Origin: Hemiscyllium ocellatum
Lineage: Eukaryota
Direction: 5' to 3'
Assembly (NCBI RefSeq): GCF_020745735.1
Contig: NC_083435.1
Location: forward strand, 36,977,090 to 37,041,089
DNA length: 64,000 nt
The notes under the pieces were generated by a model, which saw only the letters and a program-made list of their open reading frames with translations, searched no databases and was not told where the DNA came from. Below, in pieces: positions 25,401-38,739 of this stretch. Numbering within the stretch: position 1 is the first letter of the stretch; each line of letters starts with the position of its first letter. A program made the position numbers and the translations under genes.

Positions 25401-25714
25401 CAACGAAGAGATGTTATATAGCAATGGCTGGTTTACCGACCCAGAAATCTCCGCGGTTGAGAACTTCCCCTATACAGGCCACAATAGGGAAGTACGCAGA
25501 CGCAGTAACTCCCTCACTCTGGAGCATGCGCATTGTGACAGAGGGCTGGGTGATGCTGGCGGTGAGGATGTGGGAACGAGAAGGGAACCTTGGAGCCGGA
25601 GGGTGGATGGGGAATGGTTCCAAACATTTATTAAAGGCTGCAAACCTCGATTAAAATCCTGCCTCCGACCGAAGGAAGGGCAGGAAAAAGGAGTAGACCC
25701 TGAATGGTCAATGT

Positions 25715-25940
25715 CAGGGTAGCTCAGTGGTTAGCGCTGCTGCATTACAGCTCCAGGGACGGAGGTTCGATTCCACACTCGGGACTATTGACCAAAGATG
25801 TGCAGATTAGCAGTATTAGCCATACTTTAAATTGCCCACAGTGTTCAGGCTCGGTGGGTTAGCTGTGGGGAGTGCTAGGTTACAGGGTCTGGGTGGGGTG
25901 CTCTTTGAAGGATCAGTGTGGACTAAATGGAATTCTATGA
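25715..25940 (+). mobile_element. tRNA-derived V-SINE-type element (old copy)
   Basis: agctcagtggttagcgctgctgc...gttcgattcc head and V-type body. Confidence 0.75.
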
Positions 25941-27119
25941 GTTTGAAAAGACAGCAAAACCTGACAGCCTCTAGGAATATTCAAGTTTCCAAAGAATCCA
26001 GTTAAAAGTTTATTTCTTACCTTTTTTGCTGTATTTGAATAAAGTGTCTGCATGCTTCACTTATGGTTGGCTGCTGGTGTGTAGTCCTTTCCCGATTACA
26101 CTGAAAAATACCTGGGTAAGTAAATTTTGCTGATTTTTCCCAAGAACTTGAACAATTGGGGCATTGAATTAATTGCTTTTACCATCTTGAAATATTGTTA
26201 ATAGTTTTTGATGGCTTGCTGTTTGAATTGTTTACTTTGGGAACTGAATATCCACCTTTTGAAACCAGAGTATGCACCTAATGTTCTGTTTTATTGAGGC
26301 ATGTCTGCCCCATGTGGTGACTTATTTGAAAGGAAATATTGAGTTGCCCTTTACGCTTTGTAAAGCAGTCTTGAATCTCTCTACTTTTGAGTTGTCCGGG
26401 CTTGAATCTTTGCAAGGACCTGTTTGGGCAAAATTGTCTGTGTGTCTTGGCTTAGGTGTTGCCACCATACCTTGCTTTTTGACCAGTGTTTCTGCCCTGT
26501 TTATTTCAGTTGCTCTGATTGTATTTCTGGCTTTCTTTTTTAATGACTTTAGTTTTCTTGAACAATAGCAGGCTACTACATCTAAGATGGACAGATTTTT
26601 ATTGAGCAAAAGTATCAGGATTTTAGTATATAGATTTAGGCCTTAGGCCAGACATGTTTTATTGAGTGATGGAACAGCCTCGAGGGGCTGAATGGCCTCT
26701 CCCTGTCCTCAGTTTATATGAGCTGCAGATTTAGAAATGTTGCATTTGATCCTTGCCTCCAAATCACTGATGTATGTTGTGAAGAGCTGGAAGCTAAGTA
26801 CAGGTCTTTGTGTTATCCCATGAAGCACAACCTGCCAACATGAGAATGACCTGTATCTCTGATTCTCTGTTTGCCAATCCTTCATCTGTGCCAGTCCTGT
26901 CCAATCTATTTAATCTTTCTAACTAGCCTGCGCAGAGGACTTCATCAAACATATTCTAAAAATTAAGTTGATTCACATCATTGGCTCTCTTAAAATTCTG
27001 TTTTAAGGAAACTCCAACAATTTTATCCAATACAGTTTCTCTTTTACAAATCCACACTGACTCTGCCCAAACCGATCTTCAACACCTCGGTGTGTATTCC
27101 ATCCTCCACAATAGATTTA

Positions 27120-27650
27120 TATGATGTGGAGGTGCCGGTGTTGGACTGGGGTGAACAAAGTCAGAAATTAGACAACACCAGCTGATAGTTCAACAGGTTT
27201 ATTTGAAACCACAAGCTTTCAAAGTGTAGCCCCTTTGTCAGGTGAAGTGAGTGAGAAAAACACAGAACACAGTTTATCGGTAGAGAGATCAAGGGCAGAG
27301 ATATCGGATCATATAAATGGTGTGAGTCAGGTGTTGCACAGTCAGCCTCTGCAGGTGACTAAGAGAAGTACACAGTGTGAGTAAAGTGTCAACAGCTGAA
27401 TAACAACTGAAAGGATGATCTCTAATCAGTTTAAATGAGCCAGAGAGATAATTACAAAAAAATGAAAATAAAGTGGTGCTGGACACAGCCCACTTGACTG
27501 GAGCAACAGGGAACACAAACGGAAGCTTCTGGAAAAGGACAGCAGGCCCGGCAGTATCTGTGAAGGAAAACCAGAGGAAGGATCACCGGACCCAAAACGT
27601 TAACTCTGAATCTTTTTCACAGATGCCGCTAGACCCACTAAGCAAACCCC
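27120..27650. mobile_element. Penelope terminal-repeat-derived repeats with degenerate hammerhead motifs
   Basis: Minus-strand CTGACAAAGGGGCTACACTTTGAAAGCTT at about 27215-27243; second degenerate motif at about 27575-27605. Confidence 0.5.
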
Positions 27651-28211
27651 CTCCTGGTTTACAGTATCCGGAGCTCTTTTTTGGTTTTTGTTTGACTGGA
27701 ATAATATGATCGGTATAAGAATCGCATGTTACAGGTCTAACAAAAGTAGTAAATCTAAAGCTATATGATGTAATTAAGATAGAGAGATCATAATTTATCA
27801 AGGTGATTGTGTCAAACAGGACAGAAAGGAAGGTTTTACAGATACAGAACTGTGTGGTGGGCTCACATGTAAATGACATGAACCCAGGATCATGGTTGAG
27901 GTCATCTTCATGGGTATTGAACTTGACTATCAGTTTTTTGTTCGGTAGATTTGTAGCATTTTACCCTGTTACTGATGTAAGCCTAACATGTTTGTAATTC
28001 CTTATTTTCTCTCTGGCTCCCTTCTTAAGTCATAGTGGCATTCAGTAATTTCCAATCAGCAAGAACAGATAATAAAAATGCATCAATTATCCCTATAACC
28101 ACCTCCTTCAGCATGTTGGGATAAAGACTATCAGGTCCGAGGGATTTATCCATTACCAGCTGCATTATACTGGAGATATTAACCATATAATCTCTAAAAT
28201 TTCTGGAGATC

Positions 28212-28460
28212 TAGAACATAGAACATAGAAGGATACAGCGCAGTACAGGCCCTTCGGCCCTCGATGTTGCGCCGACCGAATCCTACCTAACCTATACTAG
28301 CCCAATAACTTCCAAATGCCTATCCAATGCCCGCTTAAATGACCATAAAGAAGGAGAGTTCACCACTGATACGGGCAGGGCATTCCATGAACTCTCAACC
28401 CGCTGTGTGAAGAATCTACCCCTAACATCTGTCCTATACCTACCACCCCTTAATTTAAAG
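28212..28460 (-). mobile_element. Young CR1 3' end
   Basis: (agaacat)n tail; FKLRGGRYRTDVRGRFFTQRV. Confidence 0.9.
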
Positions 28461-29049
28461 CTATCTCTGGTATCTTCTTTATTGAAAATAGCTTCTCTGC
28501 CAGTTCTATATTCATCAATATCAATTTTGTGTAACATATCAACTTTATTTCAATCGTGTTTTCTGTTTACGTCTCTATGTAAGCTTTTACTGTCTATTTA
28601 CATATTTAAGTTGTTAAATTATGTTAACGTTCTGTTAATTTATCAGATTCTCGGGCCTCTGTCATTGTATTCTATGAACCTTGCAAACATGAGAATTGTT
28701 GCTATTTCTGGCAACTTTACAGATCATTCCTTTTAGTGCAAGGCAACTCTGAACTTCATTTGTTAACCTCTGTTGACTGGCTTTTTTTTTCAGTTTTTGC
28801 AGCATGAACAAATGGACAGTTGCTGTAAGTCATGTGACCAAGCTTTTCAAACAAACCCACCCATTACTTTGTCCAGTCAGGCCTTATCCAGTACTTTTCC
28901 CATTCACCGGAACCATCTGTTACTCTCGCCTCCTTCATTTCCTGAATTAGAATGAACTTCTTCACTTTCAAACATAATGTAACAGTGTCTGAGTGACAAC
29001 TCACTCCGTTTGGTTCTTGAAGAATGAGATTATTAATTAGCATTTTTGC

Positions 29050-29740
29050 GTTACAAAATACTAGATCAAAAATGACACATGATCTAGTTGGTGAACCAAG
29101 ATATTGCTTGACAATCCCATCCCAAATACATTCCGTTGAGGTGAGGATTAGTGCACCAAGTAACTTATCTTCTAACTTCCCAAAGCCTAGCCACTATCTG
29201 CAAGGCACAAGTCAGGAGTGTGATGGAATACTCTACACTTGTCAGGATGAGAAAAGCTCAAAGAACACACAAGGAGCTTGAAACCATCTCTCATAAAGCA
29301 ACCAGCTTGATTGGTACCTAATCCTCAAATATCCACCCTCTCCGCCACCCACTCAGTTGCATCAATGTATACTAGTGATAAGATTCACTGCAGAAATTTG
29401 CCAAAGATCCTGAGACAACACCTTTTGAACCCATTACCACTTCCTTCCAAAAGGACAAGAGCAACAGATACATTCCAAGCCACAGATACTTAGGATCACC
29501 CCCACCGACAGTTTCCCCTCTAAGCCATTCACCATTCTGTGTTGGAACTATATCACCGTTACTTTATTGCTGCTGAATCAAAATCCTGTAATTCCCTCTT
29601 CAATGGCATAATGGCTCGAACTAGAGCAGATGGACTGCTGATGTTCAAGAAGGCAGCTCACAGCTATCTTTTCAAGGGTAGCTAAGGATGGGCAGTAAAT
29701 TCTAGCCCAGCCAATCTCACTCTCATCCATGAGTGAATTG
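29050..29740 (+). mobile_element. L2-like LINE 3' fragment
   Basis: Colinear with the reverse complement of 845-1500. Confidence 0.75.
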
Positions 29741-31220
29741 AAATAAAATTTTGTCCTTCACTGCATTATGCATAATTAGTTTACCCAGTGCATATGCAGA
29801 TTGAAGTCACCCAGCTGTATTGCCCATGTTAGAACATAATTTCATCTCCTGATTAATACCACACCCCACACCATTACTACTGTTGGTGGCAAATAAACAA
29901 ATCCAGCTGATATTGCTACCCCTTCCTGTTTCTTAGCTCCACCCAGACAGCTTACACACATTTACTCTGCTGATCTGAAATCCTCCCTCATTACTGTATT
30001 GATCCCATCTATTATTAGCAGCACAACACTACTTCCTTTTCCTTATATCCGTCTTTAAATACTGCATTCCCAGTCCTGGTTACCATGCAGCCATTGTTTC
30101 AGCAGCAACATTAGATCATACCCATGATCTTTATTTGTGCCTTTAGATTGATTATATTGCTGTGAAAGCAGTGTGCTTTTAGGTCAAATGCCTTTAACTT
30201 TGGATTTTTGACATCATTCTATTTTCAAACCTTAATCAGTGCTATACTTTGTTCTCCTCCCTGCTGTTCTCCCAAGAATCTTTTTGATATCCATTTACCA
30301 ACTTCACTGCTTTCTAATTACCCCTCAAGTTTCCTTTCCCTGATAGGGGTGGGTTTAAACCACCTTATGAGCAGGAACAAATCTCTGAGAGAACATTGGG
30401 TCAGGTCCCATGAGGCTTTCACCCGTCCAGCTTGACCAGGTTCCATGTGCTCCAGAACCAGACTGAATTCCTCAGCAATCTGAAACAAAGACCGAAATAT
30501 CAACCCTGGCTGATATTTTTGCATCATTGTTAGCCCTGGGTGAGGTGCTGGAAGATTGGAGGGTAGGTATTCACTAGTGTTGACATAACCTCCAAAGCTG
30601 AAAACTTAGACTTTCGTTCACCATCAATATTCCATTCCATTTCTGTTGAAAGGTCATCAACACCATTAGTGAATGTTGTTTTTCTTGCTCCACAGATCCT
30701 GTTGACTTCAGCTGAACATATCCAATATTTTCTATATTTGTTTCAGATTTCTCGTGTCGGGGTGGAATGACCAAATGATTCACTCTGCACCCAGGAGTTC
30801 ACTGCCAGCACCAAAGAGTTTATTCCATTGAGGGAAAAGAAACAGCTGAAAATCCAAAGAAGTCTTCACTAACAAAGGGCAATATATATTTTTATACATT
30901 TGTTTCATCCGGCCTTTAACGCTTACAACCTAATCATTAATTATTTACATATATTTTCAATTAAGGTAATTGTCTGTGTAAACAGCTACAGATGGACATG
31001 CTTGTGGTCAGCCCCCAGTCCTCCATGGTCTCATGATGTTTCCCAGACTCTCCTCACTCCCTTCTCGGGGTTTTTCACAATGGGCACTGTATTCAAGTAC
31101 ATTCCCGCCCAGGTATTTGTCAGCTGCACCATGTTAACTGTAAATTAATTGGATATTCACCTATCACTTAAGGACTTTTTAAGTTCCTCATTAACCTCAT
31201 TACATGAAATGCAAAAACAA

Positions 31221-31515
31221 ATTAGATTAGACTCAGTGTGGAAACAGGCCCTTCGGCCCAACAAGTCCACACCGACCCGCCGAAGCGAAACCCACCCATA
31301 CCCCTACATTTACCCCTTACCTAACACTACGGGCAATTTAGCATGGCCAATTCACCTGACCCGCACATCTTTGGACTGTGGGAGGAAACCGGAGCACCCG
31401 GAGGAAACCCACGCTGACACGGGGAGAACGTGCAAACTCCACACAGTCGGGAACTGAACCCGGGTCTCAGGCGCTGTGAGGCAGCAGTGCTAACCACTGT
31501 GCCACCGTGCCGCCC
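31221..31515 (-). mobile_element. Young tRNA-derived V-SINE-type element (HE1-like)
   Basis: Full head GGGCGGCACGGTGGCACAGTGGTTAGC and (ctaat)n tail shared with CR1. Confidence 0.92.
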
Positions 31516-32299
31516 ACTAATGTTTACTAGTTATTCCAATGTCAGTTCCAATGAAGTTATATGGTTTCCACCTAATGTTAGAATTCTTTACCTACTGAGT
31601 TACACCTAATGTTAGAATTCTTTAGCTGCTGAGTTGTGAGCAGTGTCTTTCTCACCGTGATTATGAGACACCCTGATCTTTACCCTTGGGTGTCTTACAA
31701 TATGTTCATTTAACCTGCATTCTAGTTTCTGTACCTGTTCTCCCTGTGATGATATAGAGGCTGCTTTTACTCTCTGACACTGGTTTTCCCTCATGATTTT
31801 ATTTGGATCTTTCCCCTTCATGCTTTTAGTGTTAATTTGGTATATAGAAGAATATATAACCACTTCAGAATCCATACCGATAATTATTTGAAGGATCTTA
31901 ACAAAAACCTACTATTAGTATTGTAACAGATTGATTAAATAATTCAAGACAGACTCACTAATTAGATAAGAAATTTTAACACTATATTTATGTCTTATGG
32001 TTAAACAACTGCAGCTGCATATTCTATCTTAGTTGTGTTACCTTGGGTCCACAGAGCTACTAGGTTGTGCAGGTTACATTCAGCAAATATTTTTCCAAGG
32101 TCTCTAAGACAACTGTCAGCAATGTTCTGCTGTTTCACTCAGCTGCAGTCATTGGCCGTTTTGTGCTGCTCAGTCATGGCTACCCGAACAATCCCCCTTT
32201 TGATAAGAGCCACCATCCAAAGGCTCTTAAACCCAATTTTGTGAACAATTTATCACTTGCCTCATTTGTGCTCACCACTCATATGATTTGAAGAATCCA

Positions 32300-33150
32300 G
32301 GTCACTTAAATCAAATCAAATTGCCTGGACGTAGATGTCTTCCATGGTTTTTGTTGTTCCTTTACTACAGTGGAAGCATTTTTTTCAGCTAGACATGCCA
32401 AGTGAATGATCTTGGCACTGGATACCATCGAAGTTTTATGCCCAGACAATATTCCAGCAACAGTAGTGAAGACTAAGGCTCCAGAACGAGCCATGCACCT
32501 AGCCAAGCTGATCTAGTGCAGCTACAACATTAGTATCTACCAAGAATGTGGAAAATCATCCAGTTGGGTCCTGTACACAAAACTCCAAGCCAATCTCTTA
32601 CCACCCTGTTAGTCTACTCCCAATCATCAGCAAAACTATAAACATGTCATTGACAATGCCATCAAGTGGCACTGACTCCACAAGAACCTTCTCACTCAGT
32701 TTGGGTTGCACTTGGCCCATTCACCTCCTAATGTCATTCCAGCCTTGGGACAAAATGGACAAAAGAAAATTCAAGAGGGAAAGTAAGGATGGCTGACAAT
32801 CATTTCAGTGTTTTATGTGACCAAGTGTAACCTTAATGAGCCCAGTTAAACTAGCCAATAGGGATTGGGGAAACCTCCCCACTGGTTGGAGACATATCCA
32901 GCACAATAAATAACGATTGTAATTGTTAAGAATCACTCACCATATCCAGAAGACATCACTGTATGAGTTCTTCAGGGTGGTGTACTTGGCCCAACCATCT
33001 CCAGCTGTTTTGTCAATGATCTTCCCCCCACCCCATCATATGGACAGAGGTGAGGATGCACAATATTCAGCACAATTCATGACTTTTCAGATACTGAGCA
33101 TCAAAATGCAGCAAGGCCTGGACACAATCTCAACATCTACTATTAAGTAG
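32300..33150 (+). mobile_element. Degraded L2-like LINE RT fragment
   Basis: YHPVSLLPIISK and GPTISSCF-like motifs. Confidence 0.65.
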
Positions 33151-33504
33151 CAAGTATCATCCAGCTGACACACGTGTTAGACAATGACCATGCAGCTAGT
33201 CACCCCAGCTCCAAACCTGCTGACTGCTGTCCCACCTCACTCTGGGCTGGTAGCCAGTGGGCCCAGGGCAGGGGCAACCAGTGGGCCCACAGCGGGGATG
33301 GCAGCAGCCCAGAGTGAAGTGGGGACAGTAGCCAGTGGGCCCAGGGCAGGGGCAGCCAGCATCTCTGGAGTGGGGAGGCCAGTTGTCCGGAGCAACGATG
33401 GGTATTGGTTGGTAACCAGTGGAAAGCCCTTGTGGAAAGTCTAATGTCTATCTTATTAGCTTTGTTTTATATTTTCCTGATTAATATTATGTATATCTCT
33501 AATG

Positions 33505-34420
33505 CTATTAGCCTTCTTCACTACCTGCTGGACCTGCATGCTTACCTTCATTGACTGGTGTACAAGAACACACAGATCTCTCTGTACTGGCCCTTTACCT
33601 AAATTAATTCCATTGAGGTAGTAATCTGCCTTCCTGTTCTTGCCACCAAAGTGGATAACCGTACATTTATCCACATTAAACTGCATCTGCCATGCATCTG
33701 CCCACTCACCTAACTTGTCCAGGTCACCCTGTAATCTCCTAACATCCTCATCACATTTCACCCTGCCACCCAGCTTTGTATGATCAGCAAATTTCCTAAT
33801 GTTATTGCTGATACCATCTTCTATATCATTAACATATATTGTAAAAAGCTGCGGTCCCAGCACGGATCCCTGCGGTACCCCACTGGTCACTGCCTGCCAT
33901 TCCGAAATGGAGCCGTTTATCACTACCCTTTGTTTCCTATCAGCCAACCAATTTTCAATCCAATCTAGTACTTTGCCCCCAATACCATGCGTCCTAAGTT
34001 TACTCACTAACCTCCTATGTGGGACTTAATCAAAAGCTTTCTGAAAGTCCAGGTACACTACATCTACTGGATCTCCCTCGTCCATCTTCAGAGTTACATC
34101 CTCAAAAAATTCAAGAAGATTAGTCGAGCACGATTTCCCCTTCATAAATCCATGCTGACTCTGACCTATCCTGTTACTACTATCCAGATGTGCCGTAATC
34201 TCATCCTTTATGATAGACTCCAGCATCTTTCCCACCACTGAGGTCAGACTAACTGGTCTATAATTTCCTGCTTTCTCTCTCCCACCTTTCTTAAAAAGTG
34301 GTATAACATTAGCCACCCTCCAATCCTCAGGAACCGATGCCGAGTCTATCGAACTCTGGAAAATAATCACCAACGCATCCACGATTTCCCGAGCCACCTC
34401 CTTCAGTACCCTGGGATGTA
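33505..34420 (-). mobile_element. Young CR1 RT fragment
   Basis: Two nearly open ORFs (34026-34397, 33456-34007): [44 protein letters not shown]. Confidence 0.93.
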
Positions 34421-36277
34421 GTCGTGAATGTATCTAAAGAAAATCAGGATCTACCTTCAGAAACAAATAGTAACTATCACACATTCCTAAAGTATCAGTT
34501 TCGGGAGGTTAAACACTACATTAATATTTCTACTCAATTATTCCTATCGTTACATGTTATGACTTTATTCTTTCAAAATTGTTTTCTTCAAATAATCAAA
34601 TAGTAGATGACAAGTGTGCTCAATTATTGGACAATATGTAGTTCCTGGCGATGTTGTCCTTTCGTAGAATTTTATAATCTACGATAAATAAATTGTTTAA
34701 TATTCTATTTTAAAATGATTATTGCACTGGTTTAGAATGTTAATTTCATGGTGAACAAAAGCTTGAATCCTGTTTGAAAGTGTTTGAACATAATTGGATT
34801 TCCCATAAAGTCTGAACAAGTGGTCCTCCCTTCCATTAGTTACCTCAACTTTATCAAGCAATCGGGTTTGAAACTGGACAAAATTTAATCAGCAATTCAT
34901 CACTTTACAAAAAAAAGGTTTAATCCATCTTCATGTAACCTTTAATAACAACTAAATTCTTGGTTAAATCTCCGCAAAGAGTAACTGGAGGATGGGTATC
35001 TCACTTTACCAAGTAATGTTTCACAATACTCTTTGAGTATTATGTGTTTAATATGTTTTCAAACTCATGCTTTGTGCCAAACATCACTTCATTAGTGAAC
35101 ATCTCATTTCCCCACTCCGCCTTGGTGACTGGGCCATGATAGCTCCCAGTTAAACAGTGCCTTGATTTTGAAAATTTTCATATGTTTTAAAATCCCTCCA
35201 TGGTCTCACTTCTCCCTGTCTCCGTAACATCCTCAAGCCCACAACCCTTCAGGGTCTCTGTACTCCTCTAAATCTGGCTTCTTCAAATTGTCTCTGTCTC
35301 AATTCCTCCACCAACAATGTGTGTCTCTCCAACTCACTGGACCCTGAAGTATGGAATGCCCTTCCAGAACATCTCGACCTCTTCCTATCTTGTTTTAAGA
35401 TGCTCTAAAACCAACCCTGACCAAGCTTGCAGTCACCTGACCAAGCATGCAGTCACCTGACTTTTTTTTAAAAAAGCTTCATTCACAGGCTGAGGGCATC
35501 AACATCTGGGCCAGCATTTCCTGGCCATTCCTCATTGGAATAATTCAGAAACATTCATCAACAATGGTTTCATCAACATCACCGAGTAGCTGCTGAAGTA
35601 ATTTGGTCTTAAATTGTGTTTGCTAATTATTCTTCTGAAGTGTGTACTTCATCAAAGATACTATATAAATGCAAGATATTGTTGTTGCTTAGATATATTT
35701 TAGAGGGTGTGATGTGTTACCATTGCTGAGACAAACAACAGCTGGATTGTAACTCAGACCCGCTGCCCCTAAGCTAATGTGAAAGGTGATGTTTCGATGT
35801 TAGGTGTACAATTTGCGTCACCCTATTAGTCTCCAATAATATGGAGGATGCGTACCGTGTATATTGTAAAATATAACCGACAATTATAAATGTAGTGAGG
35901 CAGCTCAGAGAGCCGCAGACTGCACTGAAAGGATGTGACCGACTTTGTACTTTGTGTCATGAAAATTAGATACAATGTGGAAATTTTTTTTACAATTTTT
36001 AGACAGTAAATATGCAAATAGGAAAACAATCCTTTCCTATTTATATGATTAAACTGACCTTAAAGGCTGATAATCGTGGTTAGTCATCAATAAATAATTG
36101 TTTGTTGTTGATTGAATTCATTGCTCATAATTTCACGAGATTTTCACTCAGCAGCTTGTGGGTCCTTGTATCAGCAGTTGTTGAGGGTCAGTTCAATGTG
36201 ACCTGGGAGAGTTAAGGCCATTCATGGGTCACAGGTCAGTATCACTCACTGCTAACCCTGGGCTGGCTGGGAATCCC

Positions 36278-36330
36278 ATGGACCCTGGTGTTCTTCCTGG
36301 TACTGAGTCTAATTCAAGGCACAGTCACAG
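36278..36330 (+). pseudogene. Decayed signal-peptide-like exon, copy 1
   Basis: The +1 frame after the ATG reads WTLVFFLVLSLIQGTVT-G. The ATG is out of frame by 1 nt, and the expected donor reads gggaga instead of gtgaga. Confidence 0.45.
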
Positions 36331-37391
36331 GGGAGACACTCAGACCCTGGTGGAGGGAGGGGTGTGCAGAGAGAGAAACGAAGAGTGTGGTGTGGGGGCT
36401 TCATGGAGTGGATTAATGACAGAGAGTGGTGTGGGACGTTTAGTTCCAGAGGATCCAGTATGGGAGTTGATGGTGAGAGTCTGGTACAGAGAATCCAGCA
36501 TGGAGATTCAGCTGGTTCCCTGCAGTCATGGGAGAACCCATCTCCCCAGTGAACCTCATGGAACATTCCATGAGCTGGAGGCAGACCCACAATATCATTA
36601 GGGAGGGAGGGAATTCCAAGGTTTGGAGCCGGTGACAGTGAAGGAATGGATGGTCAGGATGGTGAGTGGCTTTGAGGGAACTTGCAGATGATGGTGTTCC
36701 TCAGTGAAGCTACAGAACAGGCCGAGGTGTGCAGTAAACAACAGGAGCAGCAGAGACAGAGCTCAGTGATTCCACAACCAACAGATCAGATCTGCTGTCC
36801 TACCACATCCAGTCATGGTCATTCAACAACTTAATGTAGGAGGAGGAGGTTCCACTTGGGTTGCTGGATTCCTGCTCCAGGGACAATCCCGATGTACCGT
36901 CTCCTCCCCCCGTTGGAAGAACTGAGCCATATGTTTACTGTGAGAGGGGGATCACAGGGTCCTAGTGCTGTCCTGATGTTCCTGAGCTGGTGGGGGAAGG
37001 GAGGCCTCTTCTCAGCCCCAGCCTTCCTGGCTCAGAGCCTGAACCTCAGCCTGGCTGTGCTGGAGCTACCCCGTCACTGGGACCGGGTCATCACTTTGCA
37101 CTTGTTCCATTTTTCTGCTTCTGCAGCTTCACATCAAACAATGGATCAAATTTCTCAACAAATAGGGTGCAGTCTCCAAAGATTGTTGTATTACTGGTTT
37201 TTCCAGTTTGTAAACAGAAGCTGTTTCCCCTCAGTGTGTTTAATTCCCAGTCCCTGATTGGAATAGGGACAGTGTATTGCCAGAATGTTGCTGATCCTTT
37301 CCTTTCCCTCCCTGTGTTTTCCCTGAGTCTCTCCCGATGAGTACAGAATTCAGCTTTCCATTCTGTCTCTGGGAACTGAGAGATTAAAGGC

Positions 37392-37740
37392 GATTCATGA
37401 ATCATAGAATGCCTACAGTGTGGAAGCAGGCCATTCGGCCTGTTGAGCCGACACCAACCCTCTCAAGGTTTTCCCACCCAGACACTCCCCACTATTCAAT
37501 CACATAACCTGGCATTTTCCATAGCTAATCCACATGCATACCCCTGGACACTGGGCAATTCAGCATGACCAATCTACCCAAGGTGCACCTGTTCGACTGT
37601 GGCAGGAAACTGGAGCACCCGGAGGAACCCCATGCAGACTCAGGGAAACTCCACACAGACAGTCACCCAAGGCTGGAATCAAACTCAGGTCCCTGGGGCT
37701 GTGAGACAGGAGTGCTAACCACTGAGGCATGGTGCCACCC
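37392..37740 (-). mobile_element. V-SINE-type element
   Basis: Same family as 31221-31515. Confidence 0.85.
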
Positions 37741-37800
37741 TGGGTCATGGGTCACAGGTCAGTAACAGTCACTGCTAACCCTGGGCTGGCTGGGAATCCC

Positions 37801-37853
37801 ATGGACCCTGGTGTTCTTCCTGGTACTGAGTCTAATTCAGGGCACAGTCACAG
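37801..37853 (+). pseudogene. Decayed signal-peptide-like exon, copy 2
   Basis: Near-identical to 36278-36330 with the same two lesions; 37741-37870 duplicates 36222-36350. Confidence 0.45.
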
Positions 37854-38065
37854 GGGAGACACTCAGACCCTGGGGGAGGGGGGAGTGTGGAAGGGTGGAG
37901 TGCAGAGAGAGAAACACCCAGGCTCACCCCCAGGGTCAAGGTTCTGGGTCAGGTGGCAAAGAGAATTGGGCTATTCTACCAGGAAAGGAAGCACCTGATG
38001 GAATTTATAAAACATTAAATAGTCTGGAAAAGGGAAATCTGAGATTGGTTGGGGAGGGAGGGATT

Positions 38066-38280
38066 GACAGTGAAAGTCAGGTACAGAGAACCCAGTGTGG
38101 GGGGTGAGGGGGGATTGATGGTGAGTGTCAGGTACAGAGAACCCAGTTTTTTGGGGAGAGGGGGAGAGGTGGGGAGGGAGACTGATGGTGAGAGTCAGGT
38201 TCCAGAGAACCCAGTGTGGGGGAGGGGGGGGGGGATTGATGGTGAGAGTCAGGTTCCAGAGAACCCAGTGTGGGGTGGAT
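38066..38280 (+). repeat. G-rich minisatellite (about 4 units, core gtcaggt(a/t)cagagaacccagtgtgggg)
   Basis: Direct reading. Single related units at about 36480 and 40797. Confidence 0.85.
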
Positions 38281-38739
38281 ACAGACTGACCACTGCACCC
38301 TTCTCCAACCAATAACCATCTCGTGAGAACACATGAAGGTGGTAGTGTTCCCATGTGTCTGCTGACCTTGACCTTCCAGATGAGGTGGTTGTGGGTTTGA
38401 AAGGCACTGTTTAAGGATCTTTGATGAATTTCTGTAGATAGCAAACACTGCTGTAACTGAGTGTCAGTGATGGAGGGACTGGATGTTGGTGGATGCAGTG
38501 CCAATCAGTTGGGTTACTAGGTCCTGGATGGTGTCAAGCTTCTTCAGTGTTGAGATGGTTGTACTCATCCAGGCAAGCAGGGAGTATTCCATCACATTCC
38601 TGACCTGTGTCTTGTTGTTTGTGGACAGGCTTTGGGAAAGCAGGAGACGAATTACTCACTGCAGTATCTCTAGCTTCTGACCTGCACTTGGAGACACTGC
38701 ATTTATGTGGTGAGTCCAACTGAGTTTCTGATCAATGAT

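Noticed and set aside
26322-26609. Lys-rich minus-strand ORF with a donor-like site at 26470
   Set aside because: Poor acceptor, no recognisable family, no partner exons.
31221-31515. tRNA genes
   Set aside because: All tRNA-like heads (25715, 31515, 37740, 44702, 18505) continue into SINE bodies and LINE-derived tails.
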